From: Sulfurovum sp. UBA4779
GTDB taxonomy: Bacteria; Campylobacterota; Campylobacteria; Campylobacterales; Sulfurovaceae
Assembly: GCA_002403155.1 (NCBI GenBank)
Contig: DHHF01000009.1
Location: 28,200 to 92,199, forward strand
Reading direction: 5' to 3'
Length of the DNA stretch: 64,000 nucleotides
Position 1 is the stretch's first letter. Each line of letters begins with the position of its first letter. A program made the position numbers and the translations under genes. Shown one piece after another: positions 27,818 to 38,184 of this stretch. Below the pieces are notes generated by a model. The model made no database searches and was not told the origin of the DNA. It saw nothing but the letters and a program-made list of their open reading frames with translations.

Positions 27818-28087
27818 TTAAAATCTAAATCGTTGGGCATAATCTGCTCCCGGATATTGCCTATTGATTTCATCGTCATCAAAAGTATAACGAAACTCTT
27901 CTATATACTTCATCAAAAGCCGGTAGGCATGATTGATTTCTTCCATTTTTTGCACATCGCCGCCCAGATCGGGATGATATTTTTTAGCAAGAAAGCGATA
28001 CTGTTTTTTAATGTCGTCTTTTGTAATAAATTTGGGCAATTCTAAAATTTCCAAAGCCCTGTTAAGCTCTTTAGCCGGTTTATGCAT
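27818..28087 (-). CDS. Small J-domain protein (class C DnaJ)
   Basis: IKKQYRFLAKKYHPD...MEEINHAYRLL. Confidence 0.85.
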   Translation of the reverse strand: MHKPAKELNRALEILELPKFITKDDIKKQYRFLAKKYHPDLGGDVQKMEEINHAYRLLMKYIEEFRYTFDDDEINRQYPGADYAQRFRF

Positions 28088-30165
28088 TACTTCAACCCTT
28101 CTTGTTCCATTTGGCCTGATCCGATGCTGCCAAACGGCTTGAAGTTAAATTGGACATAAAATATATTGTCTTTTGTGTATCCTGCAGGCCTTGGCGTAAT
28201 TTCTTGTCCGACAACGGTTGCAATGCTCCAGCAATCACGATTATAACCGGCTCCTGCTCTCCACTGCATACTCGAAGTCGAATCGAGATTGTACGTAATA
28301 CCGCCGCTTAGCGCAACTCTTTTGTTCACATCATATCTAAAATCAAAATTAATATCATTCGCGATAGCAATATCAACGATATCATCAGGCAATTTTTGCC
28401 TAAAAGAGTGTCCGATGCTGATAAAATATTCCTCTTCGTTTACCCTCATGAGACTTGAAGACTCTCTTATCGTGCCAAATTCATAAGAATAGACGATATC
28501 GTTGTAAAATTGCCATTTCCCCCAATTATATTGCATTTCATTCGCTATATCCGCAAGTTTATAGTCATGGTTCATATAGAACTTTTGAGACAAACGCTGA
28601 AAAAAAACAAGCTCCATTTGCGTATCATAAAAATATTGCCCCACGCTCAAATCATAATATTCTTCCGGCAAATCTATCTCGAAAAGCATCTTTTGCACTT
28701 CATTAAACCAATCAAAATCAGAAGGTTTCCGATGCACATTTCCCGGCTTTACATACCCTAAAGAAGGCTGAAGAATATGAATAAAATCTTCGTATGATTT
28801 CGTTAAATCGCTAAAAATTTTTATTTTATGCGTATTGCTATAATATTCAAACTCATCATACTCATCGCTTCCGTTGCCAAAAAAGAATTTGCTGTAATAG
28901 ACCTCTTCACCCAGCGAAAGATTGGCAAATCCATCCAAAAAAGAAGCGGTCCACTCTATCGGTATTTTTGCTTCGGCTTGTTTAAGCGTCATCCCTTCTT
29001 TTCGATAAAAATGATTGATGTGCATATCGGCACTGTAGGTAAGATTGTCCCACATAAAATGTTTTAAATATTTATGCCACTGCAACGAGGGGAGCAGCTG
29101 TAAGGTATTGTCGTTGCTTTCGTTGCGGGTGTCTATAAAATATTTTCCGTTTATGCCTGCATAATAGTCATCATTGTATAAAAAATAATTCAAACGAGAT
29201 TCTTGCAACGGCAAAAGCCCAAAATGCTCCAGTCGTGTTTTTTGCAAATTTAAATAATCGATATCGTTAAGATAGGTAGCATTGACATAGAGGCCGTCTT
29301 CAAACCCCTGCGGCAAACTAGAATCAAAAAAACTGCTGGAATCATACAAAAACTCTGCACCGTAATGCTCCAGCCTATTTTCCCAGCTATCTTTAAAATA
29401 GCCTGTTCTCAGCTGCCCCAAAGAGTGATTGCTGTCGGCAAAACGGAACGTACCGTAAACACCTTCACTCCGATTCGTGCGTATCTGAGGATTTATTTCA
29501 AGGTCCATACCGGGAGAAATCGCCCAAAATACGGGCTGCTCATAAATAAACCCTTCTTCAGACGAATAGCCTACCAGCGGAAAAAGCAATCCCGAACTTC
29601 GTTCTTTGTGAGTTGAGAAACCAAGATAGGGAGTATAAAAAACAGGGATATCCCACAAATATACTTTTGCATCATATATGTGCATATATTTTGCCTCACT
29701 GTCATACAAAGAACCCGAAAAAACCATTTTCCATACAGGATCATTCATATCACAGCTGGAAAACAGACTTTGGCCCAGCGTATAATTTCCTTCTTTTTTG
29801 TTTGCTTTGTCCGTAAAAAGCCATATGTCGTTTTCGGTTACAAAAAAAAGCTTTTGAAAATGTACTTCCTTTGTATCGGTTTGAATTTCCAGATGGTCGG
29901 TCTGCTCTTTTGTGCCTTTGTAGCCTATCATTTCAACTTGTCCGTCAAGCACAAGCTTTTTTGTTTTTTTATCGTAAAATGCACTGGATGCTTTAATGAC
30001 AGAGCCGTCATAATATACGATTACTTCATCTTTGGCTTCAACTGTTGTTTTGGATGACTGCACATATTTTGCAAGGACTTCTATTTTATTTTTTTCCTCT
30101 GTTGCATGTATGCTTTGTGCACCAAAAAATAGCCCCAGAAAAAAAATAAAAAAAAATCTAAGCAT
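28087..30165 (-). CDS. lptD: LPS assembly protein LptD
   Basis: Signal peptide, FSSCD, PVFYTPY, RSSGLLFP, YNRDCWS, C-terminal beta-barrel. Confidence 0.9.
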   Translation of the reverse strand: MLRFFFIFFLGLFFGAQSIHATEEKNKIEVLAKYVQSSKTTVEAKDEVIVYYDGSVIKASSAFYDKKTKKLVLDGQVEMIGYKGTKEQTDHLEIQTDTKEVHFQKLFFVTENDIWLFTDKANKKEGNYTLGQSLFSSCDMNDPVWKMVFSGSLYDSEAKYMHIYDAKVYLWDIPVFYTPYLGFSTHKERSSGLLFPLVGYSSEEGFIYEQPVFWAISPGMDLEINPQIRTNRSEGVYGTFRFADSNHSLGQLRTGYFKDSWENRLEHYGAEFLYDSSSFFDSSLPQGFEDGLYVNATYLNDIDYLNLQKTRLEHFGLLPLQESRLNYFLYNDDYYAGINGKYFIDTRNESNDNTLQLLPSLQWHKYLKHFMWDNLTYSADMHINHFYRKEGMTLKQAEAKIPIEWTASFLDGFANLSLGEEVYYSKFFFGNGSDEYDEFEYYSNTHKIKIFSDLTKSYEDFIHILQPSLGYVKPGNVHRKPSDFDWFNEVQKMLFEIDLPEEYYDLSVGQYFYDTQMELVFFQRLSQKFYMNHDYKLADIANEMQYNWGKWQFYNDIVYSYEFGTIRESSSLMRVNEEEYFISIGHSFRQKLPDDIVDIAIANDINFDFRYDVNKRVALSGGITYNLDSTSSMQWRAGAGYNRDCWSIATVVGQEITPRPAGYTKDNIFYVQFNFKPFGSIGSGQMEQEGLK

Positions 30166-30613
30166 TGATGACTACACAGCTTGAAATTTTATCATGAAAC
30201 GTTTGCCTTAGCGGCGTAAAGAAAGCCAGTACAAATCCCACATAGAAAAAAAGTTCGCTAGGCACTCTTGCCAATGCGCGCAAAAGCGCCTTTACAAAGG
30301 AAGGAGTATACTCTGTTTGGTAATCAATCACTTTAATTTTTGCAATATATTTGCCCAGCGTCATACCGCTTTGCCATACTAAAACAGTATGATAAAATAT
30401 TTTAATCATAAAAAACACTAAAATATTTTGCTCCACAAAAACATTCATTGCTTCAACTGTTGCTTGATCATCAAGAGAGACTTCAGACATCAGCATCATA
30501 ATCTGATCATAAAAAATCACTACAAAAAAAACAGAAACAACAATATCGTCTATTACAAATGCGATGGCACGTCTTGGTATATTTGCTATCTGAAAAGGAA
30601 AAGTATTAGACAT
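30158..30613 (-). CDS. RDD-family membrane protein
   Basis: RRAIAFVIDD, GMTLGK, RQTFHDKIS. Confidence 0.88.
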   Translation of the reverse strand: MSNTFPFQIANIPRRAIAFVIDDIVVSVFFVVIFYDQIMMLMSEVSLDDQATVEAMNVFVEQNILVFFMIKIFYHTVLVWQSGMTLGKYIAKIKVIDYQTEYTPSFVKALLRALARVPSELFFYVGFVLAFFTPLRQTFHDKISSCVVINA

Positions 30614-30622
30614 TTCCTGAGC

Positions 30623-31891
30623 CTAAAGCGCCTGATAAGCAATATCGCTTCGGCATTGTTTGCCCGCAAAATGCACCTGTCCTACAAGCATATAGGCACG
30701 TCTTTGGGCTTCTTTGATCGTGTCGCCTATCCCTATGCACACCAAAACCCTTCCGCCTGTCGCATAGAGTTTCCCGTCTTCTCCACGAGCTACTCCTGCA
30801 AATGAAATATGCGCATTTTCTTTTAACTCTTCATGATGAATCTCATCAATGATGATCTCGGCAGGTTCGGAATTTTTATAGGGGTAATCTTTGCTTGCCA
30901 TTACAACGCCTACCGCATACTTATCGTGAAATTCAATGTTTGCACTTTTCAACTCTCCTACGGCTGCTTTGTAAAAAAGTTCGCTTGCCGGCGATTTGAG
31001 CAGCGGCATCAATTCTTCACATTCAGGATCACCGAAACGGACATTATATTCCAAAATCACAGGATCGCCTTTTACCACCATCACTCCCATAAAAAGAACT
31101 CCGGTAAAAGGCATCCCCTCTTCCTGCATTCCTTTTAATGTAGGCTTGATCACGCGTTCATCCAGCTTTGCATAGATTTCTTCATTCACAAGCGGTGTAG
31201 GCGCATATGCACCCATGCCGCCGGTATTTGGCCCCTTATCTCCGTTAAGCAGTCTTTTGTGATCTTGCGCGGCAGGAAGCACCACATAATCTTTTCCGTC
31301 GCACACGGCAAAAACAGAAAGCTCATACCCGTCTAAAAACTCTTCGATAACGATTGATGTCCCCGCATCTCCGAATGCATTGCCGCTCAGCATTTCCCCT
31401 GCTGCTTTTTTGGCTTCATCGCGGCTTTGGGCAATAATAACCCCTTTGCCTCCGCAAAGGCCGTCAGCTTTAACCACAATAGGGACTTCAAGAGAATTGA
31501 TAAATTTATATGCTTCTTCCAACGAATTTGTTTGGATATATTTTGCAGTAGGAATATGATGGCGGGCTAAAAAATTTTTCATAAATATCTTGGATCCCTC
31601 CAGCTGTGCTGCTTTTTCCGTGGGTCCAAATATTGTCAGCCCTCTTTTTTTAAACACATCGACAATACCTTCTACCAATGGTACTTCCGGACCGACAATG
31701 GTTAAACCGATCCCTTGTGTTTGTGCAAAATCAGCCAATGCATCAAAATTATCAATGGCAATATTTTCTCCCAACGCATCCGTTGCCCCATTGCCTGGAG
31801 CAAAATAAATTTTTTCTACATTGTTGTCTTTTTTAAGCGCTAAACCAATAGAATATTCTCTGCCGCCCGAACCTATAATCAATATATCCAT
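30623..31891 (-). CDS. purD: Phosphoribosylamine--glycine ligase
   Basis: GSGGRE, VVKADGLCGGKGV, QDHKR, GPNTGGMGAY, EYNVRFGDPE. Confidence 0.98.
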   Translation of the reverse strand: MDILIIGSGGREYSIGLALKKDNNVEKIYFAPGNGATDALGENIAIDNFDALADFAQTQGIGLTIVGPEVPLVEGIVDVFKKRGLTIFGPTEKAAQLEGSKIFMKNFLARHHIPTAKYIQTNSLEEAYKFINSLEVPIVVKADGLCGGKGVIIAQSRDEAKKAAGEMLSGNAFGDAGTSIVIEEFLDGYELSVFAVCDGKDYVVLPAAQDHKRLLNGDKGPNTGGMGAYAPTPLVNEEIYAKLDERVIKPTLKGMQEEGMPFTGVLFMGVMVVKGDPVILEYNVRFGDPECEELMPLLKSPASELFYKAAVGELKSANIEFHDKYAVGVVMASKDYPYKNSEPAEIIIDEIHHEELKENAHISFAGVARGEDGKLYATGGRVLVCIGIGDTIKEAQRRAYMLVGQVHFAGKQCRSDIAYQAL

Positions 31892-32042
31892 TTATCTCTC
31901 CAAAAAATTTTATTGCGGTTACTTTTGCTCTTGAATTGAAGCAGCTGTCCTATGATGCCCAAGAAATTTCATCAAAATTAAATACACTTTGCGTGCTTTT
32001 TAATCTTCAAAAAATCCCTTCTGTCTATCATCAACCCATTGT

Positions 32043-32232
32043 CCCCGGACAGCCGTTCTGTTTTAAGTCGGCCCTCATTAAGCCAACGTTGCAGGAGAGA
32101 GCATCTTTTTAGGGGGCAATTTCTCGCAGGCCTAAACCGTGCTCAAGCAAAACCGCCCGCACACCAATCTGCTACATATCCCGCCAAAGATATATGTTGG
32201 ACCCCAAATACAGTTGTCGCACTATCCAGGTT
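32043..32232 (-). ncRNA. ssrS: 6S RNA
   Basis: ~190-nt GC-rich intergenic segment. The 5' end CCTGGATAGT pairs with the 3' end GGCTGTCCGGG (10-bp closing stem). TATAAT at 32239-32244. The position next to purD matches the reported epsilonproteobacterial 6S locus. Confidence 0.75.
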
Positions 32233-32268
32233 AATTTAATTATAGCCTATTTGCAGTTAGAAGTAGAT

Positions 32269-32919
32269 TTATTTCATATTTTGTTTTTGAAGCTCTTTTG
32301 CTTTTTTGATACAAGCATCTATCAACGGCTCATCAGCAATCGCATACTCCGCATTTGCAGGCAAATGTTTCAAGGTTGCTTCTCCGATCACTACGGCAGT
32401 ATAGCTTGGATCCCATTCAAAATTCTCTAAAAAACACGCAATAGAAGACGGCGAGGTAAAAATAATAATGGCTTCTTTTGGCGGTGCTTCTTCTTCATGA
32501 TATTTTCTACAAGAGGTTTCATAAATAATCTGCTCGCCAAGCGCTATCCCTTTTTGTTCCAAAAAACCTTTGCTGTCAAATGAAACAATTTTGGGACGAA
32601 GATAAAGGAGCTTTCTTTCTTTAAAAAAAACAGCAATATCTGCCGCAAGCACTTCGCCGTAAAAATTTTTCGGCTCAAAAATCACTTCACCGCCCAATGC
32701 TCTTATCTGTTTTGCCGTAGCCGGTCCCACTGCAATACAGGGATATTCTTTCCATTTTTTATCTATCTTGTCTGCGTAAACGACAGCCTGTTTTGAAGTA
32801 AAAATCAATGTATCATAGTTGGCAAAATCTATTTGACGGGCAGTCATCGAAAAAGTAATGATGGGCAATGCATTTACTCCTTCTTTGATACTCGGGGAAA
32901 GAAGATAGATTTCTCTCAT
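32269..32919 (-). CDS. hemD: Uroporphyrinogen-III synthase
   Basis: LIFTSKQAV, AVGPAT, LLYLRPK, IYETSC, IIFTSPSS, VIGEAT. Confidence 0.85.
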   Translation of the reverse strand: MREIYLLSPSIKEGVNALPIITFSMTARQIDFANYDTLIFTSKQAVVYADKIDKKWKEYPCIAVGPATAKQIRALGGEVIFEPKNFYGEVLAADIAVFFKERKLLYLRPKIVSFDSKGFLEQKGIALGEQIIYETSCRKYHEEEAPPKEAIIIFTSPSSIACFLENFEWDPSYTAVVIGEATLKHLPANAEYAIADEPLIDACIKKAKELQKQNMK

Positions 32920-33848
32920 ACTTGCTTTGACTCCATCAGTGAACTGCCGTACAACAAAGCTTTGTTGACCTCTTCATCATCATAGGGATCAAAATGGGGA
33001 GTAATGATCCATTTTTTTTTCAAATCAAGTGCCATGATTTTCTCTTCTACTTGATCTGCGATGCGGTGAGCCTCAAGCAGCAGCATATTGGGGCGAAGCA
33101 CCATGTGAAATTCTACAAAATTGGTAGTCCCGTCGGTACGCGTTCTTAGCCAATGATAACTGTTTATTTCAGAGTTGGTTGAAAGTATCTCTTCTATTTG
33201 GACCAATGTTTCGTTTTCAAGTGCACGATCCAACAATATATTGATCCCCTCGACAATGATCTCGTATACCGAATAAATGATATACAGACCTATCCCCAAA
33301 CCAAACAATGCATCTATACTGTCAAATCCTGTTAAATAAACTAACCCCAGTGCCGTCAATACCGCCGCATTGCTCCAAAGATCCGTTTGATAATGCAGCG
33401 CATCCGCTTTGATAACCACACTGTCGGTTTGTTTGGCCACTTTCAATAAATAACGCACCAAAAAATAGGTTACCCCTATAGAAAAAAGCATTGCAATGAT
33501 CGAAGGTGAGAGCAAAGTAGTCTCTGTTTGGTAGATCATTTTTTTGACCGCTTCATAAATAATATAAAGCCCCGAGACAGTAATCAGTGTCCCCTCTATC
33601 ACCGCTGCGACAGCCTGAACTTTGCCTTTTCCGTACTGATACACTTCATCGGGATGTTCTTCGGATTTTTTGATTGCAAAGAAATTAAAAAGCGAAATGG
33701 CCGTATCCAAAAGAGAATCTATGGCAGAGGCCAAGACGGCCACAGAACCGCTGATGATTCCTATGGTTAGCTTAACCATCACTAAAACAACCGCCACACT
33801 TGTTGATATCACAGTTGCACGTTTTTGAGGCGATATGGTTTTTTTCAA
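32916..33848 (-). CDS. Cation diffusion facilitator (FieF-like) transporter
   Basis: SVAVLASAIDSLLD, HPDEVYQYGKGK, KADALHYQTD, AHRIADQVE. Confidence 0.9.
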   Translation of the reverse strand: MKKTISPQKRATVISTSVAVVLVMVKLTIGIISGSVAVLASAIDSLLDTAISLFNFFAIKKSEEHPDEVYQYGKGKVQAVAAVIEGTLITVSGLYIIYEAVKKMIYQTETTLLSPSIIAMLFSIGVTYFLVRYLLKVAKQTDSVVIKADALHYQTDLWSNAAVLTALGLVYLTGFDSIDALFGLGIGLYIIYSVYEIIVEGINILLDRALENETLVQIEEILSTNSEINSYHWLRTRTDGTTNFVEFHMVLRPNMLLLEAHRIADQVEEKIMALDLKKKWIITPHFDPYDDEEVNKALLYGSSLMESKQV

Positions 33849-33918
33849 AACGGTCCCTTCTTTTAAAAAGTACTATAAAATTAAATTCTAGCTAAAAAAC
33901 ACCTCGAAGGCAACATCG

Positions 33919-33944
33919 CTGTCCGGAGACGCTTTTCTGGACAG
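33919..33944 (-). terminator. Hairpin after htpG
   Basis: CTGTCCGGAGA-cgct-TTTCTGGACAG. Confidence 0.5.
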
Positions 33945-33959
33945 AACAACAAAAACAGG

Positions 33960-35822
33960 CTAAAGAGCCTTGCTTGCCAAATGCGCAACCCTTTGTGCAA
34001 ATACGATTTTGTCTTTCAGCTCTAACCCCTCTGAGAGCTTTGCCGTATCAAGCAAAATCCATGCCGCATCCGAAAAGAGATTGTCATCTGTAAGCGCATC
34101 AAGCTTTTTAATCATCTCATGTTCGGGATTAATCTCCAAAATAAGAGGAATGTCAGGCATCTTTTGGCCCATCTGCACAAACATATGCGCCATGCTTGCC
34201 ATCGGATCGCTGCTGTCTTTCACAACGCATGAAGCACTGGAAGTCAATCTTGTTGAAATCTTGACATCCTTCACTTCGCTGCCCAAAACCTCTTTGATTT
34301 TGTCCGTAAGCGCTTGATACTCTTTTGAAATTTCTTCTTTTTCCTCTTGGGTTTTACTCTCCGGCGCCTCTATAGCAGTAACATCGTTAAAACTCCACTC
34401 TTTATACATACCTATCATCGGTGTGACGATGCTGTCCACCTCCTCATCGTCCATAATAAGCACTTCAATATTGGCTTTTTTATATGCCTCAAGCAATGGC
34501 GAATTTCTTAGTACTTTCTCATCTTTACCTATAATATAATAAATTTCTTTCTTTTGGGAATCTCCGCGGGAGATATACTCATCCAAACCGATAAGCCCCT
34601 CTTGTACAGAACTTTTGTACCGTACGATCTCCAACAGTGTTTCTTTGTTTGTATAGTCTGTAAAAATGCCCTCTTTAATCACTCTGTTATATTGCTCAGT
34701 AAATATTTCTGCATCTTCTTTGTTGAGCTTTTTGATCTCTGTGAGAATTTTTTTCACAGAATTTTGTCTGATATTGGCAAGTATTTTATTTTCCTGAAGA
34801 ATCTCCCTCGAGACATTAAGCGGCAAATCTTCACTGTCAATGACACCCTTTACAAAACGCAAATACGGAGGCAGCAGCTCTTTATCGTCATCCGTAATAA
34901 AGACACGTTTTACGTACAGTTTTACTCCGGGCTGGTAGTCTGCCCTATACAGATCAAAAGGGGCGCTCTTGGGGATATAGAAAAGTGTCGTAAATTCTTG
35001 GGCGCCTTCCACTTTGTTATGCATATACGCAAGAGGTTCGGCATCGCCATGCGAAATCGTTTTATAAAACTCTACATAATCTTCTTTTTTGAGTTCCGAT
35101 TTGGGAAGTGTCCAAAGTGCAGATGCTGCATTGATCTGCTCTGATTTTTTTACTTTTTTTGTCTCTTTGTTTTCTCCCTCTCCCGTCGTTTCCTCTTCAG
35201 AAAAATGAAGCATGATCGGATATGCAATATGGTTAGAATACTTTTTGACTACCTCTTTTACCCGCCATTGATTTAAAAATTCTTTTTCGTCCTCTTTGAG
35301 CGTAATATAGACAATGGTTCCTTGCGACTCTTTTGTAACAGGGACGATCTCAAATTCTCCCGTTCCGTCTGTTGTAAATTTATACGCCTGCGTTTCGCCC
35401 GCTTTTTTAGTGATCACATCCACCTTTTGCGCAACCATAAATACAGAATAAAATCCGACCCCAAACTGTCCGATCAGATTCGAGTCTTTTTTTGCATCCC
35501 CGGTAAGCGACTCTATAAACGATTTGGTGCCGGATTTTGCGATAGTCCCAAGATGGCTTATAAGATCTGCCTCATTCATCCCTATTCCGTTGTCGCCTAT
35601 GGTTAAAGACCCGTCCTCTTCGTCCACTCCGATAAAAATTTGGCCTTTCCATGCTTCATTTTTATATTTTTCATCCGTCAAAGAAAGATAATTAAATTTA
35701 TCCAACGCATCGCTTGCATTGGATACCAGCTCTCGTATAAAGATCTCTTTGTTTGAATATAACGAATGCGTCATAAGCTTTAAGAGTTGGCCGATTTCAG
35801 TTTGAAATTGATGCTTTGCCAT
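33960..35822 (-). CDS. htpG: Chaperone HtpG (Hsp90)
   Basis: HSLYSNKEIFIRELVSNASDA, DNGIGM, IGQFGVGFYS, LPLNVSREILQ. Confidence 0.98.
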   Translation of the reverse strand: MAKHQFQTEIGQLLKLMTHSLYSNKEIFIRELVSNASDALDKFNYLSLTDEKYKNEAWKGQIFIGVDEEDGSLTIGDNGIGMNEADLISHLGTIAKSGTKSFIESLTGDAKKDSNLIGQFGVGFYSVFMVAQKVDVITKKAGETQAYKFTTDGTGEFEIVPVTKESQGTIVYITLKEDEKEFLNQWRVKEVVKKYSNHIAYPIMLHFSEEETTGEGENKETKKVKKSEQINAASALWTLPKSELKKEDYVEFYKTISHGDAEPLAYMHNKVEGAQEFTTLFYIPKSAPFDLYRADYQPGVKLYVKRVFITDDDKELLPPYLRFVKGVIDSEDLPLNVSREILQENKILANIRQNSVKKILTEIKKLNKEDAEIFTEQYNRVIKEGIFTDYTNKETLLEIVRYKSSVQEGLIGLDEYISRGDSQKKEIYYIIGKDEKVLRNSPLLEAYKKANIEVLIMDDEEVDSIVTPMIGMYKEWSFNDVTAIEAPESKTQEEKEEISKEYQALTDKIKEVLGSEVKDVKISTRLTSSASCVVKDSSDPMASMAHMFVQMGQKMPDIPLILEINPEHEMIKKLDALTDDNLFSDAAWILLDTAKLSEGLELKDKIVFAQRVAHLASKAL

Positions 35823-35898
35823 ACATATCCTTTCGTTTCTTGCTGTTTTTTGGCGGATTATAATATATTTTCATTAAAATTTCAAGTTTTTTTGAAAG

Positions 35899-35925
35899 AT
35901 AGTTTAGTCAAATACACTAAACTAT
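35899..35925. promoter_or_regulatory. Perfect 10-7-10 inverted repeat, HAIR-like operator between htpG and sixA
   Basis: ATAGTTTAGT-caaatac-ACTAAACTAT; the AGTTTAGT-N7-ACTAAACT core is identical to the grpE site. Confidence 0.7.
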
Positions 35926-35954
35926 TTTTGTCTATTTTGTGTTATAATTTTTTT

Positions 35955-36446
35955 ATGAAAACGATTTATCTTATCAGACATGCCAAATCAGATTGGAGCG
36001 ATATCGATGTCCATGATATGCAAAGGGGCCTCAGCAAACGAGGGAAAAAAGCGATCCCCATCATGGCAAAAGCAATGAGGGAAAAGGGGATTAGGCCTGA
36101 TTTAGTTATCGCAAGTTCTGCCAAACGGACAAAACTGACAGCAAAAAAACTGCTTAAAGCGCTTGGGATTTCCCAAAAAATTATCTATAAAGACGAACTC
36201 TATCTTGCAGCACCGGATACAATGCTGTCTATCATTCATGCGCTGGATGATCAATATCAATCTATTTTTCTCATAGGCCATAATCCGGGTATCACAGAAT
36301 TTGCCAATCTCATGACAGACGCAAAAATAGAAAACATCCCTACACTTGGGATTGCAGCCCTGTCATGCAACTCGAATTCATGGAAACATTGCACATATCA
36401 CCATACTGCATTAAACTTTTTTATCTATCCGAAAATGTTCAAATAG
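35955..36446 (+). CDS. sixA: Phosphohistidine phosphatase SixA
   Basis: LIRHAKSDW, RGLSKRG, SSAKRT, IGHNPG; probably leaderless (TATAAT 6 nt before the ATG). Confidence 0.88.
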   Translation: MKTIYLIRHAKSDWSDIDVHDMQRGLSKRGKKAIPIMAKAMREKGIRPDLVIASSAKRTKLTAKKLLKALGISQKIIYKDELYLAAPDTMLSIIHALDDQYQSIFLIGHNPGITEFANLMTDAKIENIPTLGIAALSCNSNSWKHCTYHHTALNFFIYPKMFK

Positions 36447-36537
36447 CAAAAAAACTTATTTTTAATTGAAATAAATCGACGATAGGCTTGTTTTGTGCCG
36501 CCTTGAAAAACAAAGACGGCAGCAGAAAACTATAAAA

Positions 36538-38076
36538 CTATTCCCATTCAATCGTTGCAGGAGGCTTGGAGCTTATATCGTAAACAACGCGGTTTATACC
36601 GTCTATCTCGTTGATAATACGGCGGCTTATCCCTTCAAGTATATCATGAGGAATATGCGCAAACGTTGCGGTCATGCCGTCCACGGATTCTACCATCCGC
36701 ACGCAGACCGTGTTGTCGTATGTTCTGTTGTCTCCCATGACTCCGACGGATTTTACGTTAAGCAGCACCGTAAAAGCTTGCCATACTTTATCATAATATC
36801 CTGCAGCTTTTAGCTCTTCTTGCATAATCGCATCAGATTCTCTAAGCAATCTAAGCGCCTCTTCGTTGACTTCTCCCATGACACGTATCGCCAATCCGGG
36901 ACCCGGAAACGGATGTCTGCCTACCATCTCTTTAGGCAGGCCCAGCTCAAGCCCAAGCTGCCTTACCTCATCTTTAAATATCTCTCTGAGCGGCTCCACC
37001 AGTTCAAACGTCATCCAATCAGGAAGCCCCCCTACGTTATGATGAGATTTGATCGTTTTTGACGGCCCTTTTACCGAAACAGACTCAATGACATCCGTAT
37101 ATAACGTGCCTTGCGCCAAAAAAGAAACATCGGTATGTTTTTTGGCCTCTTCGTCAAACACCTCGATAAAAGTTTCACCGATCACTTTGCGTTTGGTTTC
37201 AGGATCACTGATGCCTTCCAGTTTTTTCATGAAAATCTCTTTCGCATCAATACTGATAAGAGGAATATCCAGCATCTTAAACATATTTTGCACTTGTGCG
37301 GCTTCGTTTTTTCGAAGCAGCCCTTGATCAACAAACACACAGATAAGCTGTTCTTTTGGCAGTGCTTCATGCAGCATCGCAGCCACTACAGAGCTGTCTA
37401 CTCCGCCGCTTACTCCGCAAAGTACTTTTTTGTTGCCTACTTGTGCTTTAATCTGCATAATTTTTTCTTTGGCAAAGCTCCCCATATTCCAGGTGCTTTC
37501 GCATCCGCAGATATGTTTGGCAAAATTTTTAAGCATTTTAACCCCTGCCGCAGAATGATGCACTTCCGGGTGAAACTGAAAAGCATAAATTTTTCTCTCT
37601 TCATTGGCAATCGCTGCAAAAGGAGAGTTTTCGCTTGTACCGATCACTTTAAATGTTTCGGGAATACGTTCGGCCCTATCGCCGTGGCTCATCCAGACAA
37701 CCGAATCATTCTCAACGTCTTTAAAAACAGGAGAATCTGCTTTGATATGCAATTTGGCTTTTCCATACTCATGGTGATCTGCTGCCACCACTTCTCCGCC
37801 AAAGTGCTGTGTAATCAGCTGCATCCCATAACATACGCCTAAAATCGGCAATCCTAATTCCCAAATGCCATCCTCAGGCTTGTAGGCATCCTCTGCATAC
37901 ACAGAAGCCGGCCCTCCGGAGAGAATAATTCCTTTTGGTTTTCGCGCTTTAATATCGGCAATGTTTTCACGATAAGGCACAACCTCAGTATATACACCGC
38001 TCTCTCTAAGTTTTCTGGCAATCAGCTGCGTATATTGGGATCCGAAATCCAAAACAACAATAGGTACTTCTTTCAT
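36538..38076 (-). CDS. guaA: GMP synthase (glutamine-hydrolysing)
   Basis: [44 protein letters not shown]. Confidence 0.98.
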   Translation of the reverse strand: MKEVPIVVLDFGSQYTQLIARKLRESGVYTEVVPYRENIADIKARKPKGIILSGGPASVYAEDAYKPEDGIWELGLPILGVCYGMQLITQHFGGEVVAADHHEYGKAKLHIKADSPVFKDVENDSVVWMSHGDRAERIPETFKVIGTSENSPFAAIANEERKIYAFQFHPEVHHSAAGVKMLKNFAKHICGCESTWNMGSFAKEKIMQIKAQVGNKKVLCGVSGGVDSSVVAAMLHEALPKEQLICVFVDQGLLRKNEAAQVQNMFKMLDIPLISIDAKEIFMKKLEGISDPETKRKVIGETFIEVFDEEAKKHTDVSFLAQGTLYTDVIESVSVKGPSKTIKSHHNVGGLPDWMTFELVEPLREIFKDEVRQLGLELGLPKEMVGRHPFPGPGLAIRVMGEVNEEALRLLRESDAIMQEELKAAGYYDKVWQAFTVLLNVKSVGVMGDNRTYDNTVCVRMVESVDGMTATFAHIPHDILEGISRRIINEIDGINRVVYDISSKPPATIEWE

Positions 38077-38131
38077 CTTTTTCCTTCTATTTTTATAGTT
38101 AAATTTTTCAAAAAAACTTAACTATAAAAAC

Positions 38132-38175
38132 ATCTTTTTCCTTGCTTTTTAAAAACATAAAACAAGAAAAAAGAT
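38132..38175 (-). terminator. Long A/T-rich hairpin between nhaD and guaA
   Basis: ATCTTTTTTCTTGTTTT...AAAAGCAAGGAAAAAGAT, ~17-bp stem with G-U pairs. Confidence 0.5.
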
Positions 38176-38184
38176 AAAAATATT

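Noticed and set aside
27332-28045. 237-aa + strand ORF in the track
   Set aside because: Antisense shadow of pnp and the J-domain gene; no motif and no SD
37111-37842. 243-aa + strand ORF
   Set aside because: Antisense to guaA; shadow ORF
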